NCBI GenBank assembly: GCA_964016885.1
Contig: OZ024748.1
Location: 27,776,001 to 27,840,000, forward strand
Direction: 5' to 3'
Length of the DNA stretch: 64,000 bases
From: Eledone cirrhosa
Lineage: Eukaryota
Part shown: positions 1 to 12,482 of the stretch, piece by piece
Numbering within the stretch: the stretch's first letter is position 1
Layout: each line of letters begins with the position of its first letter
Translations under genes and position numbers: made by a program
The notes under the pieces: model-generated
What the model saw: the letters and a program-made list of their open reading frames with translations, nothing else
What the model was told of the DNA's origin: nothing
The model's database searches: none

Positions 1-533
1 CAGATTACTTTTCACGGTTGTGAAACGTTGGTTGTTTGTGATGGTGGTGTGGTGTTGGGTGGGGGTAATGGTGTGGGTAGATAAGTGATGGTGGTTGGTG
101 GTGGCTGGAGTGGGATAGGGTGGTGTTTCTGGTGGCAATGATGGTGGTGGTGGTGGGATTCTAGTATGTGGTATCGGTGGTGGAGGAGTATGTGAGGTTC
201 TGGTGGTGGTGATGGTTCGTCTGTGCATGTGTGTGTTTACGTATTATTAAAGGTAAGACTTTTACCTTTTCTTTCTTACTCATTCTCTTACTCTCTCTCA
301 TTCTCTACCTGTTATTCTCTCTTTCTCCCATATAACTCTCCTCCTCTTTTCTCAACTCTCTGTCCTAATGTCCCCCCCCCCCTCTAAATATCCCTTCCTT
401 CTTAGTTCTTCTTATTTATCACCACCTTCTCAATTCTCCTCATACCTTTCCTCCTCCAATATCTCTCACACTTTACTATCACTCCACTTTTCTTTCTTGT
501 CCTCCTTTCAATTTATTTTCTCTCTCTCTCTCT

Positions 534-584
<51 letters not shown>

Positions 585-642
585 ATTCTTTGTCTGTCTC
601 TCTCTGTCTGTCTTTTCCTTATGTGTCACTCCTCAACATTAT

Positions 643-697
<55 letters not shown>

Positions 698-698
698 A

Positions 699-1009
699 AT
701 ATTGTTACACTTTGGGAGGGTCATGCTGCCAATAAGAAACACACGCACCAGTTGCTTTCACTTCAATTTAATTTATTAAATATTTATAAATTTACAAATT
801 TATAAATTTCTGGTTGGTTGGTTGGTTCCACAACCAGATAGTTGTTTATATATATATAGTCATAGTTCTTTCGTCACACACTCTGTGACCTCTTCAGTGA
901 CTGGGGATTTCTTTCTTCGTTTCTGTGCCTTTCCTTTCTTCTATCCTACGCCATTTTGTTTGTGTGTGGGTTGTGTGCTCAGCATGACCCTCCCAAAGTG
1001 TAACAATAT
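699..1009 (-). mobile_element. Short non-coding element bounded by a perfect 30-bp inverted repeat and carrying a hammerhead motif (PLE pseudo-LTR-like or MITE-like)
   Basis: atattgttacactttgggagggtcatgctg at 699-728 has its exact reverse complement at 980-1009. The left end abuts (TA)n. A hammerhead lies inside on the minus strand. Confidence 0.65.
858..902 (-). ncRNA. Type I minimal hammerhead ribozyme motif
   Basis: Minus strand: AGTCA-CTGAAGA-g-GTCACA-gagtg-TGTGAC-GAAA-G-aa-C-TA-TGACT. Stem I is 5 bp, stem II 6 bp, stem III minimal. CUA cleavage triplet; one extra G after A9. Confidence 0.75.
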
Positions 1010-1065
1010 CGGTTTCAACACACGATTTCAGATAAAGAATCTTGCTAAACAAATTCAGAAACGAA

Positions 1066-1106
<41 letters not shown>

Positions 1107-1242
1107 AAATAACGAGGAAGTATGAAAAATATTTATTACGTATCGACCTGTTTCGCAGAGGATTGGCTCAAGGTGAACCATAGGGGTTATGGACCTGACT
1201 CCACTGTCGATCTGCTCCCTAGCCTGGTGATGCGACAACCTA

Positions 1243-1323
<81 letters not shown>

Positions 1324-1334
1324 TATATATATAT

Positions 1335-1380
<46 letters not shown>

Positions 1381-1430
1381 TCGCTCTACATGGCTGAATA
1401 TAATAAATGTAATCTGAGTATTTCGAATAT

Positions 1431-1621
1431 TAATAATTGTTTCTACATTTGGCACAAGGCCAGCAATTACCCAGTGCGTTACTGGTACTTTATTTTATCG
1501 ACCCCGCAAGGATGAAAGGCAAAGTCAACCTCGCCGGGATTTGAACTCAGATCGTAAAGGGACGTAACTATGCTGGAAAGCATGACGTCCGCCCCTCTAC
1601 CGATACTGCCAATCCACCGCC
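1431..1621 (-). mobile_element. tRNA-derived Nin-domain SINE, full length
   Basis: Minus strand has A box tggcagtatcgg, B box gagttcaaatcc, Nin-like core actttgcctttcatcct..ggggtcgataaaataaagtaccag, and tail gccttgtgccaaatgtagaaacaattatta. Confidence 0.85.
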
Positions 1622-1639
1622 AATCCACAATATACCGAG

Positions 1640-1721
1640 TAATAATAACATTCGATTCGTTTGCAATTTAACAAACAAGCCTCATTTTGTTTAATTGCAA
1701 ACGAATCGAATGTTATTATTA
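1640..1721. repeat. About 36-bp-arm hairpin between inverted SINE copies
   Basis: taataataacattcgattcgtttgcaatttaacaaa (1640-1675) pairs with tttgtttaattgcaaacgaatcgaatgttattatta (1686-1721). Confidence 0.9.
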
Positions 1722-1732
1722 ATATTCGAAAT

Positions 1733-2357
1733 TGCCATTCTGAGTTCAAATCTCGCCGAGGTTAACTTTGCCTTTCATCGTTACGGGGTCGATAAAATAA
1801 AGTACCAGTAATACACTGGATAATTGCTGGCCTTGTGCCTAACGTAGAAACAATTATTAATATTCGAAATACTCAGATTACATTTATTGTATTCAGCCAT
1901 GTAGAGCGGTGGATTGGCAGTATCGGTAGAGCGTCGGACGCCATGCTTTGACGCAAAGAGTTACGACCCTTTATGGTCTGAGTTCAAATCCCGCCGAGGT
2001 AAACTTTGCCTTTCATCCTTACGAGGTCGATAAAATAAAGTACCAGTAATACACTGGTTAATTGCTGGCCTTGTGCCAAAAGTAGAAACAATTATTAATA
2101 TTCGAAATACTCAGATTACATTTATTGTATTCAGCCATGTAGAGCGGTGGATTGGCAGTATCGGTAGAGCGTCGGACGCCATGCTTTGACGCAAAGAGTT
2201 ACGGCCCTTTATGGTCTGAGTTCAAATCCCGCCGAGGTAAACTTTGCCTTTCATCCTTACGAGGTCGATAAAATAAAGTACCAGTAATACACTGGTTAAT
2301 TGCTGGCCTTGTGCCAAAAGTAGAAACAATTATTAATATTCGAAAAACTCAGATTGC

Positions 2358-2362
<5 letters not shown>
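1733..2362 (+). mobile_element. Three head-to-tail Nin-SINE copies (first 5'-truncated), each followed by the same flank; 238-bp period
   Basis: gtagagcggtggattggcag occurs at 1901 and 2139. The flank aatattcgaaatactcagattac.. follows each tail. Confidence 0.9.
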
Positions 2363-2397
<35 letters not shown>

Positions 2398-2950
2398 TAA
2401 TACAAATGGACGCTTAGTAAAATCGAAGCTTTGGCTGTGGCCAAGCAAAGACAACCTACAATATGAATGAGTTAGCAAAACACTCAATAAGGGTAGGTCC
2501 TTAGAGTAATAACATTACGTTTAAATAGCTTGACAAATTGAACATTGTGGTAGGCAAAACCCAACTACACAATACCAAAGTAAATATATATATATATATA
2601 ATGCAAAAAAAGCAGTCAGAAAATCCTTGTAATCCGAAGAGATGCCGTATAGTATCTCTCATGGCTATACTCCCGATATGTGACTTGGTGACGTAGATGT
2701 ATATGACATCACCTTCATTTTCTCTGTACCACCTTGAGAGCGTCTCTACATGCGTTTGTGTGTGCGTGCGCGTGTACGTATGTGTGTACCTGTAAGTGTA
2801 CGCACAAGTACACATGCACACGCATGCCTATACACCTACACATCCTGTTAATTCTCACACGCTCACAGACTCACACCCCTACACTTGCAACAGTAACATC
2901 AGCGTTGTCACGGTCTGACGAACATCAAATGACGACACCCTCTCAGATAT

Positions 2951-3013
<63 letters not shown>

Positions 3014-3035
3014 CACGCACACACACGCACGCACG

Positions 3036-3130
<95 letters not shown>

Positions 3131-3342
3131 TAACACATGTTAACTCAAAATTTACAAGGATCATCTCCCTTTTATAACTCTCTTATATCTAGGATACATC
3201 CTGACCCGCAATTCCTCAAAAGACTATTATGCGAAACGTTAAGAGTCCTTTTCTATTATACGAAGCTTTAGACTAATATATTTTCCTTGTACTATATCAT
3301 TCCTTACAACCACATGGCATGCCCACCAATGGTACATGCAGC

Positions 3343-3588
<246 letters not shown>

Positions 3589-3620
3589 AATATGATAATA
3601 ATGGAGCTGCGGCGCTGCAA

Positions 3621-3690
3621 ATGGGTTACATATGAAAAAGTTTGTCCTCATCAGTGGCCTTCCAACCGTCGTAGGCATTTCGTCGCATTA
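3621..3690. repeat. Interspersed repeat segment shared with 60692-60761
   Basis: atgggttacatatgaaaaagtttgtcctcatcagtggccttccaacc..tttcgtcgcat aligns with atgggttacatatgataaaaatagtccttcgtcagtgattttccaacc..tttcatcgcat. Confidence 0.7.
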
Positions 3691-4305
3691 AAGGCCATAT
3701 ACCTCAGGTTGGTGCGAGCAACGGCTAAAAAAAGTCGTTGGGACACGTAAATAAGGGGGACGCTAGGGTAAACAAACAAAATGGTTTAAGCAACAGAAAG
3801 TGATGAAGAAGAAAGAAACAAGTCCCAGATTTCTATGAATATAAATTCGGTGGAATCGTGAACGAGAGAATAAAGACCATCAAACCTGGTTGAAATGTGA
3901 GCAAGGAAGGAATTTCGCACAGGTCTAACGGGAGGAAGAAGGGGTCTGGTCTGCGAATTCGGTAAACATAAGTTCTGTGAAGTCGCAGACGAGAGAGAGA
4001 GAAAAAAAATTCATACCGGCTTGGTCAAGTGCCCGCGAGAAAAGGATTACGGACAGGTCAAACGGGAAGAAAGGGGAGGAGGAGAGGTAGTGACAGAGAG
4101 TGAGTGAGTGAAAGGTGAGGAAGAGGCTAACAGAGAGATAGTTATGTAATAAACAGCATTAGATAATTATTTCATTTACCAGTGGTTTCTTGAAGGTTTC
4201 TTGTAGCCTACATAGAGCACTCTTTTTTCCTGTACCTTTCCGACGGAAATACTTCATTTATATATATATATATATAGTTATGTAATAAACAACATAATGC
4301 AATTA

Positions 4306-4365
4306 TTCCATTTACCAGTGGTTTCTTAAAAGCAAAAAATTTTGCTTTCAATCATCAGAATGAAA
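4306..4365 (-). ncRNA. Type I hammerhead ribozyme motif (minus-strand copy)
   Basis: Reverse complement of 4431-4490; tcatcag at 4352-4358 and tttc at 4322-4325. Confidence 0.85.
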
Positions 4366-4430
4366 AAATCCTGGTCTGTTTATTGAATTTGGATTTTAAA
4401 AAACCAAATTCAATAATCAGACCAGGATTT

Positions 4431-4490
4431 TTTCATTCTGATGATTGAAAGCAAAATTTTTTGCTTTTAAGAAACCACTGGTAAATGGAA
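4431..4490 (+). ncRNA. Type I hammerhead ribozyme motif
   Basis: TTTCATT-CTGATGA-TTGAAAGCAAA-attt-TTTGCTTTTAA-GAAA-CCA-c-TGG-TA-AATGGAA. Stem I is 7 bp, stem II 11 bp, stem III ACCA/TGGT. GUA triplet; predicted cut after 4483. Confidence 0.85.
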
Positions 4491-4830
4491 TAATTGCCTT
4501 ATGTTGTTTATTACATAACTATTAAGCTCTGTTACCTACATAGAGCACTCTTTTTTCCTGGACTTTTCCGACGGAATTACTTCATTTATACAGCTCCAAC
4601 CGGGATTGATTGAAGCATATTCTATATTACATATACGATTGGCACTATATATATATATATATATCAATTAAAATGTTATTTGTTTCTAATACTTACTACT
4701 TAGACATCCCACTGAAAGGATAAAATATACTAATAAATTATAAACTCTGAGAAGTAATTAAACATCAAAATTAAGCCAAAATCTTGATTTGGTGGCATAC
4801 GAGTAAAACTGACTTATCTTAGTTGTCTAG

Positions 4831-4875
<45 letters not shown>

Positions 4876-5385
4876 ATATATATAATGAATGCACGTATTT
4901 ATATTCACACAGTCCCGTACACACTTATATATTTGTGTGCGTATACGAGAGGGAAAGAGAGACAGAAAATGATAGAGAAAGAGAAAGAAAGAAAGATAGA
5001 AAGTGAAAGAGAGGGAGAGAGAATGAGAAAGAGAAAGAAAGAGAGAGGGAGAGAGAGTTTGTCGATATGAAACCATTTTTTACGGCCGTTCTAATCTCTC
5101 TTCTCCTTCAGCTGACCGTAAACCGTAAACTGGAAAACTGCTAAATAAAACAAACACATAAAGACAGGAATACAAAGTCAAAATACAAAAGAAGTAGAAG
5201 ACAAAAAAAAAAGAAAATGGAAAAAGAAGAAAAATGACAAAAATCGCCCCGAAAAACATGGCGGACAAATTATTTTGTTTGTCCCTTTGATTAGAATCTT
5301 TCTAATTCTCTCCCCTCCTCATTTCATTGTTTCTCTTGGAGTTTTTCTCTCCCCTTTCTTGTTGTTATTGTTGTTGTTGTCGTAG

Positions 5386-5438
<53 letters not shown>

Positions 5439-5581
5439 CTTCTTCTTCTTCTTCTTCTTCTTCTTCTTCTTCTTCTTCTTCTTCTTCTTCTTCTTCTCCG
5501 TCGTCGAATCCTGCTAATAAACATTTCTCTCTTTTTCTCTATCATTTGATTTTCCTTTCTTTATATCTTTCTTTCATGTTT

Positions 5582-5612
<31 letters not shown>

Positions 5613-5781
5613 CGCTCTCTTTCTTGCTTTCTTTCTTTTTCTTTTTTGATTCCTGCTTATCCTTTCTTTCTATTTCCTTTCTTTTTTCCTTCCTTTCTTT
5701 ATACAGTTTTTCTGTCTTACCTTTTCATTCGTTCTGCCGTCATTTTTATTTTCATTTCTTGATTTCCTACTCCCTCCCTCC

Positions 5782-5836
<55 letters not shown>

Positions 5837-6735
5837 TCCTCCCTCTTTTCCTCTACAGCTCCCATATTTTTTGTTTTGTTTTTGTTTTACTTGTCTCTCC
5901 TTTTGATAGAAATCTTTCCTAGTTCTCTTTTGCTACTCATCACCACCTCTCCCACCACCACCTCTCCTCTCTCTCCTCTCTCACCACCACTTCTCCTCTC
6001 TCTCCTCTCTCTCACCTCTCACCTCTCACCACCACCTCTCCTCTCTCTCCTCTCACCACCACCTCTCCTCTCTCTCTCTCTCCTCTCACCATCACCCTCC
6101 ATCTCTGTATTAGTCAGTTTTTTAATGTGATTCTTTTATTTTTTATTTTTATCTTTCCCTTCTCACCCCTCTTATACTTCCTTTCTTTCTTTTACTTTTT
6201 TCTTTCATTCTTTATTTATTACTCCTTTTTCTTTCTTTTGGTTCGTTTTCTTTCTTTCGTTTTCTTTCGTTCGTTTTCTTTCTTTCGTTTTTTATTTTCT
6301 TTTACTCTTTTTCTTTCATATATTTTTCTTTCCCTTTTTCCTTCTGTTAAAGTTTTTCATTCATTTTTTTCACATTTTCTTTCTTTCCTTTTTTTTTATT
6401 TTTTGTTTTGTTTCAGTTTTCGTTTTTACTCAGATTTAAAAAAAACATTCCCTTCTTCTTTCGTTGTATTTCTGGTTTTTTTTTTTTAATTCTTACCTTT
6501 TTACCGTCATTATTCACCTTCTTCCATTCTTTCATGTTTTCCTTTCTTCCGACACTAATTCAAATTCCTGTGCTTCTCTTATCTCCTACCTATATTCTTC
6601 TTCCTTTTTATTCTTCTCTCGTTCATTCACGCTCCTTTAATCTCTCCCTTCTCTCTCTCTCTTTCTGGCTCTGCCTCACCCACACCCCAGCCCTCTCTAT
6701 GCATTTACAGATATTGGATATACACACATATACAT

Positions 6736-6800
<65 letters not shown>

Positions 6801-6860
6801 CATATATATACATACATACATACACACATATATATATATATATATATACATATATATATT

Positions 6861-6931
<71 letters not shown>

Positions 6932-6976
6932 GCATACATATATATATATACATACATATATATATATGAAATATGA

Positions 6977-7059
<83 letters not shown>

Positions 7060-7359
7060 CCTAACCTTTCACTCTCCAGATTTTTTTTGTCCCTTGTCGC
7101 CTGTTATCTTTCTCATTCTGTCTGTCTGTCTGTCTATCTGTCTGTCTGTTGGTCTGTCTGTCTGTCTACCTGTCTGTCTGTTGGTCTGTCTGTCTGTCCA
7201 TCTATCTGTTAGTCTCTCACTTCCTATTGGTCAGCCTGTTTGTCTATCTGTCTGTCTGTGTGTGTCGGTTTCTTTTCCTTCTCACAGAAACACAAACACG
7301 TGTTCACACGTGTTTGTGTTTCTGTATGGTTACCTACTTCCATACTCTTACAGGCTCAT

Positions 7360-7474
<115 letters not shown>

Positions 7475-7539
7475 TATATCCGTATAAGAAACAAGACTCA
7501 CTATCTACACATAGCAAATGAATATATATGAAAATATAA

Positions 7540-7620
<81 letters not shown>

Positions 7621-7755
7621 CATATATATACATATATATACATATATACACATATATATACATATATATATATACATGTATATATATATATATATATATA
7701 CATGTATATATATACATATATATACATATATATACATATATATACATATATATGC

Positions 7756-7788
<33 letters not shown>

Positions 7789-7834
7789 CATATATATATA
7801 AATATATACATACATATATATATATGTATATATA

Positions 7835-7882
<48 letters not shown>

Positions 7883-8199
7883 CATACATATATATAATAT
7901 ACATATATATACATATACATATATATATATATACGCACAAACCTACACATACACGCACATATGCATACACACACATAACATCCATAAATATCCTACTTTT
8001 CGAGGCAAAACAAACGAATATATTAGAAAAAATATAAAAATTAATCGCAACAAAAATGGTTCTTTCCTGATATTTCTTTGTATTGCTTTATATAAAAATA
8101 TTATTCGGATTTTGTGGTTTAGTTGGTCCGGTCCAAGATAAGGCGAGGGGAACACTGCTGATTTATCACCGCTACAATCACTGCATAGGCCAATAGTTA

Positions 8200-8230
<31 letters not shown>

Positions 8231-8584
8231 CTGTATGTATATGAATGTAGGTATTTATGTTTGTGTATGCATGTATATAAGTAGTTGTATGTATGTGCGT
8301 ATATGAGTGTGTGTGGATGTATGTGTGTGTACATGTATGTGTATGTGTGTGTGTGTGTGTGCATGAGAGTGCGTGTGTATACAGTAATCAGGTGTGTGAG
8401 TGTATGTGCGGATGTATAAGTGTGTGTCTACAGTAATCAGGAGTGTATATGTATGTGCGTATGTGTGTGTATGAGTGTGTATATGTGTGAGTGTATGCAG
8501 TGAAAATTCAATTAACTAATCGAACTTTCAGCTGATCAAACAACCAATTGCTCATCGTCAAAATTGACGGAGGATTCATCAGCA

Positions 8585-9000
8585 GTGTGTAATGTGTGTA
8601 GTGTGTTGTGTGCAGTGTGTAGTGTGTAGTGTGTTGTGTACACTGTGAAACGAGATGTGTGTAGTGTACAGTTAGCAGTGTAGAGTGTACAGTGTACACT
8701 GTACACTGTACACTGTACAGTTAGCAGTGTACAGTGACCAGTTAGCAGTGTGATGTGTACAGTGTACAGTGTGCAGTGTAAAGTGTACAGTGTACAGTGT
8801 ACAGTGTACAGTGTGCAGTGTACAGTGTACAGTGTGCAGTGTACAGTGTACAGTGTACAGTATGCAGTGTACAGTGTACAGTGTGATGTGTACAGTGTAC
8901 AGTGTGCAGTGTGCAGTGTACAGTGTACAGTGTACAGTTAGCAGTGTGCAGTGACCAGTTAGCAGTGTGATGTGTACAGTGTACAGTGTGCAGTGTACAG
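8585..9000. repeat. 7-bp satellite (TGTACAG)n
   Basis: Directly visible tandem units with tgtgcag and ttagcag variants. Confidence 0.95.
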
Positions 9001-10085
9001 TTTCTGAAAACCTCGGAAATCGGGGTAATCGGCAAATTATTGCAGGAATACGAAACGTTGACAGGAGCAAAACTAAACCCGAACAAGTCTGTCGGTTTGC
9101 AACTCATGCCATCCGACAGCGCCGTTGGACGCGGGACGGAAGGACCGGTGAAATTGCTCGGGATCTGGTTTGGTCCAGACCCCCAGGTGAACAAAAAATG
9201 GAACGGTGAAGGTGTTTGTCCTCACCCAAAAGGGGGCTGAGTGCAAACTCTCCTTAAAAGGTCGAGCGGAGGTGGTGAACACTTACATAGCATCCGTCAT
9301 CTACTACCGTTTGACAGTTGTGCCTTGTCCCCTTCATCATCTCACCAAAATGGAACGTCTACTCTTCAAGTTCCTTTGGAAGACACAGGCTCCATTGGCG
9401 AGAGGATCCATCTGCTGCCAACACCCTTCTAACGGAGGGCTGGACATGCCGTAGCTAATAACGCGCAGATACGCGCTGAGGCTACGCCATCTCCAGGTAT
9501 TTTTGACCAGTAAACCGGTGTGGTTGTCGTTTGTGAAACAAGCTTTTCCACAACTCGCCTCGCTAACGGAGCTGCAGTCCTGGGTCAAGTGAAGACCGAA
9601 AATGGGCGCCTGGCACCTCGAGTGCGTTCAGGCGCTTACAGCCCTCTACCAAGCAGAAATGGCAAGCAGCGGAATCTCCACGTCAACATTCTATAGGCGA
9701 TTAATGGAGGATAAGTGTGACGACCTCCTCGGGGGAAACTCTAGGCATCGAGGAGGACAAACTGACCAGTCTGTTCGGGAGGACTTTCCATCCAGGGCCT
9801 GTAGATAACATCCAAAGGTCTCTGGCCTGGCAGTGTTACCGAGGAGCTCTACCAGTTCGAAACAAGATCTACAAGCACCGATGTCCTGGCAGAGATCCTG
9901 CCAAAAGGACCTGTCCAAGATACGAGCAGGATATTGAAACCGTTCTGCACGTAATTGTTCAGTGCCCAGATGTGACCGACTAGTGGAACTATGTCGAACA
10001 CATTCAGTTGTCAGGCGAGTGGGGATTACCTCGCCACCTTCATTTAACACCGAAGGAGAGGCAGTTCTGTCTGGTGAATATGTAA
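9000..10085 (+). mobile_element. Degenerate Tx1/L1-clade LINE ORF2 fragment (end of RT, thumb region, zf-RVT)
   Basis: Peptides YETLTGAKLNPNKS, VKLLGIWFG, LSLKGRAEVVNTYIAS..FLW..GGL.MP and LAWQCYRGALPV..CP..ETVLHVIVQCP; frameshifts and stops. Confidence 0.9.
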
Positions 10086-10394
10086 TGTCCCATTTCTTGT
10101 ACGCCCTTGTGGACAATAAAGAAAGATGTCTATTTAGCCCCCTCCTCTATATCTACCTATCTATTTAGCCCCTCTCCTCTATATCTACCTATCTACCTAT
10201 ATATTTAGCCCCCTCCTCTATATCTACCTATCTACCTATCTATTTAGCCCCCCTCCTCTATATCTACCTATCTACCTATATATTTATCCCCCCTCCTCTA
10301 TATCTACCTATCTATTTAGCCCCCTCCTCTATATCTACCTATCTACCTATATATTTAGCCCCCCTCCTCTATAACTACCTATCTACCTATCTAT

Positions 10395-10887
10395 GAGGGC
10401 CCGGTGAAGTTGCTCGGGGTTTGGTTCGGACCAGACCTCCAGGTGGAGAAGAACTGGAGTGAGGTAACGAACAGGGTGTTTGCACTGACCCAGAAGTGGG
10501 CCGAGTGCAAACTGTCCCTGAAAGGTCGGGTGGAGGTGGCGAACACTTATATAACTACTGCCTGACCGTCGTGCCTTGCCCAAGAGAAACGCTCGCCAAA
10601 ATGGAGCGCGCACTCTTCCAATTCCTTTGGAAGAAGCGGGCTCCTATGGTGAGGAGATCCATCTGCTGTCAATACCCTTCGAAGGGAGGGCTGGGGATGC
10701 CGTGGCTAATGATACGTAAACACGCATTAAGGCTACGGCACCTCCAGGTATTCCTCACCGGTCAACCGGTGTGGGCCCCGTTTGTGAGGCGAGCCTTTTC
10801 CAGACTCGTCTCGCTCACCGAGCTGCAATCCTGGGTCAAGCAAAGACCGAGAAAACTGGGCGCCTGGCACACGGAGTGTGCCCAGGC
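10395..10887 (+). mobile_element. Second Tx1/L1-clade ORF2 fragment
   Basis: EGPVKLLGVWFGPD.., LTVVPCP..MERALFQFLWKK..GGLGMPWL; paralogous to 9140-9635. Confidence 0.9.
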
Positions 10888-11058
10888 CAGGGACCTCTGG
10901 AAGTTATCCATAGGTCCCGGGCTGAATGTCCTACCGAACAGGTTGGCCAGTTCGTTTTCCTCCATGCCTAGGGCTTCTCCGAGGGCGTCGTCACACCTGC
11001 TAACCACCAGCCCTCTATAGAATGACGAGGTGGATTCTCCACTGACAGCCGGGTCCGC
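10882..11058 (-). mobile_element. Inverted downstream piece of the same Tx1/L1 ORF2
   Basis: Minus strand CDDALGEALGMEENELANLFGRTFSPGPMDNFQRSLAW matches 9715-9830; the junction shares ccaggc. Confidence 0.88.
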
Positions 11059-11664
11059 CTACCTATCTCTTTAGCCCCCTCCTCTATATCTACCTATCTA
11101 CCTATATATTTAACCCCCCTCCTCTATATCTACCTATCTACCTATCTATTTACCCCCCTCCTCTATATCTATCTATCTACCTATCTATTTATCCCCCCCT
11201 CCTCTATATCTACCTATCTACCTATATATTTAGCCCCCCCCCTCCTCTATATCTACCTATCTACCTATCTATTTAGCTCCCCCCGCCTCTTTATCTACCT
11301 ACCTATCTATTTATCCCCCCTCCTCTATATCTACCTATCTACCTATCCATTTAGCTCCCCCTCCTCTATATCTATCCGTCCGTCCTTCCATCGACCCCCG
11401 TTCTTTCCTTAATCTCAACACCTTACTTTTACCTTCCCTTCTTACCACATACACACACTACATAGACATACACACACACACACACACGCACACTACACAC
11501 ACTACACACACACACACACTACACACACACACTACACACACTACACACACACATAGTACACACACTACTCATCTCTTCACATCTCATCCTCATCGTTCGT
11601 CTTTCTAACATAAACCAGGACAGTCAAATGACAAAAGATGAAAGTATCAGTAACAAACACACAC

Positions 11665-11700
<36 letters not shown>

Positions 11701-12255
11701 CCACCACCACCTCAACAACAACAAACATCAAACACAACCACAAGAAATACAACAATCCGCTACAACAAACATCACAACAAGCACCCAATAACCTTTTTGT
11801 TTTTGTTATTTTCGTTGTAATTTTATTTTAATGTTATTTTTTTTGCTATATCTTCCTTTCTTCTGCAGGAGATAGCATCGGCCACGCTTCACTGAACACG
11901 ATATCAGCCATTACCACCACCACAACCTTCACCATTGCCACCACCACTACCACTTCGATCAAGCACTTCTATCGCTGTCTAAGAATATCTTCCCCCACCT
12001 CATCCATTTCCAAACCATCGCCACCATTACTATCAACAAAATTATTAGCACGTTTCCCGTAGCCACTAGAACGACGACGACCACCACCATTTAGACCATC
12101 ACCACTACCACTTACACCACCACCACCACCACCACTTACACCACCGCCACCACTTACACAATCATCACCACCACTTACACCACCACCACAGCCAACACCA
12201 ACACCACCACTACCACCCCCAAAACCTGCCCCACTGCTGCTGCTGCTGCTGCTGT

Positions 12256-12321
<66 letters not shown>

Positions 12322-12337
12322 CACTACTACTACTATA

Positions 12338-12482
12338 TGGGTGCAGGTATGGCAGTGTTTAAAACAACCAACAACCAAGTAGCGTGTAGTTCAAACCTAA
12401 TATGAGATACCTTGAGCAAGTGTTACCAATACATTGGCTGTGTAATTTAGCAGACACAAAATAATGTATAAGACAGTCGTAT
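12338..12482 (+). mobile_element. Old degenerate tRNA-derived SINE (related to 26072-26332)
   Basis: gcaggtatggcagtgt head, gttcaaacc B-box-like motif, ccttgagcaagtgt, and an aatttagcagac..gtcgtatgtg tail. Confidence 0.5.

Larger units (their letters stand above)
4274..4522. mobile_element. Near-perfect palindrome (about 120-bp arms) made of two inverted hammerhead-bearing pseudo-LTR-like units
   Basis: 4274-4392 is the reverse complement of 4404-4522 with only a couple of mismatches. A diverged partial third copy lies at 4139-4192. The flank 4207-4260 is repeated at 4535-4590. Confidence 0.85.
10128..11375. repeat. About 30-40-bp minisatellite (tatttagccccctcctctatatctacctatctaccta) split by a LINE fragment
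   Basis: Arrays at 10128-10394 and 11058-11375. Confidence 0.9.

Noticed and set aside
1906-2000. tRNA gene
   Set aside because: The A and B boxes belong to SINE heads, the spacing is extended, no cloverleaf is evident, and the sequence continues into the Nin domain.
2915-2945. Hammerhead at ctgacgaacatcaaatgacgacac
   Set aside because: GAAA is replaced by GACA and stems I and III do not form.
3177-3246. Hammerhead around gcgaaacgttaagagt
   Set aside because: Stem I-like actct/agagt is present but there is no CUGANGA box in position.
8520-8585. Minus-strand CTGATGA...GAAA
   Set aside because: No consistent stem I or stem II.
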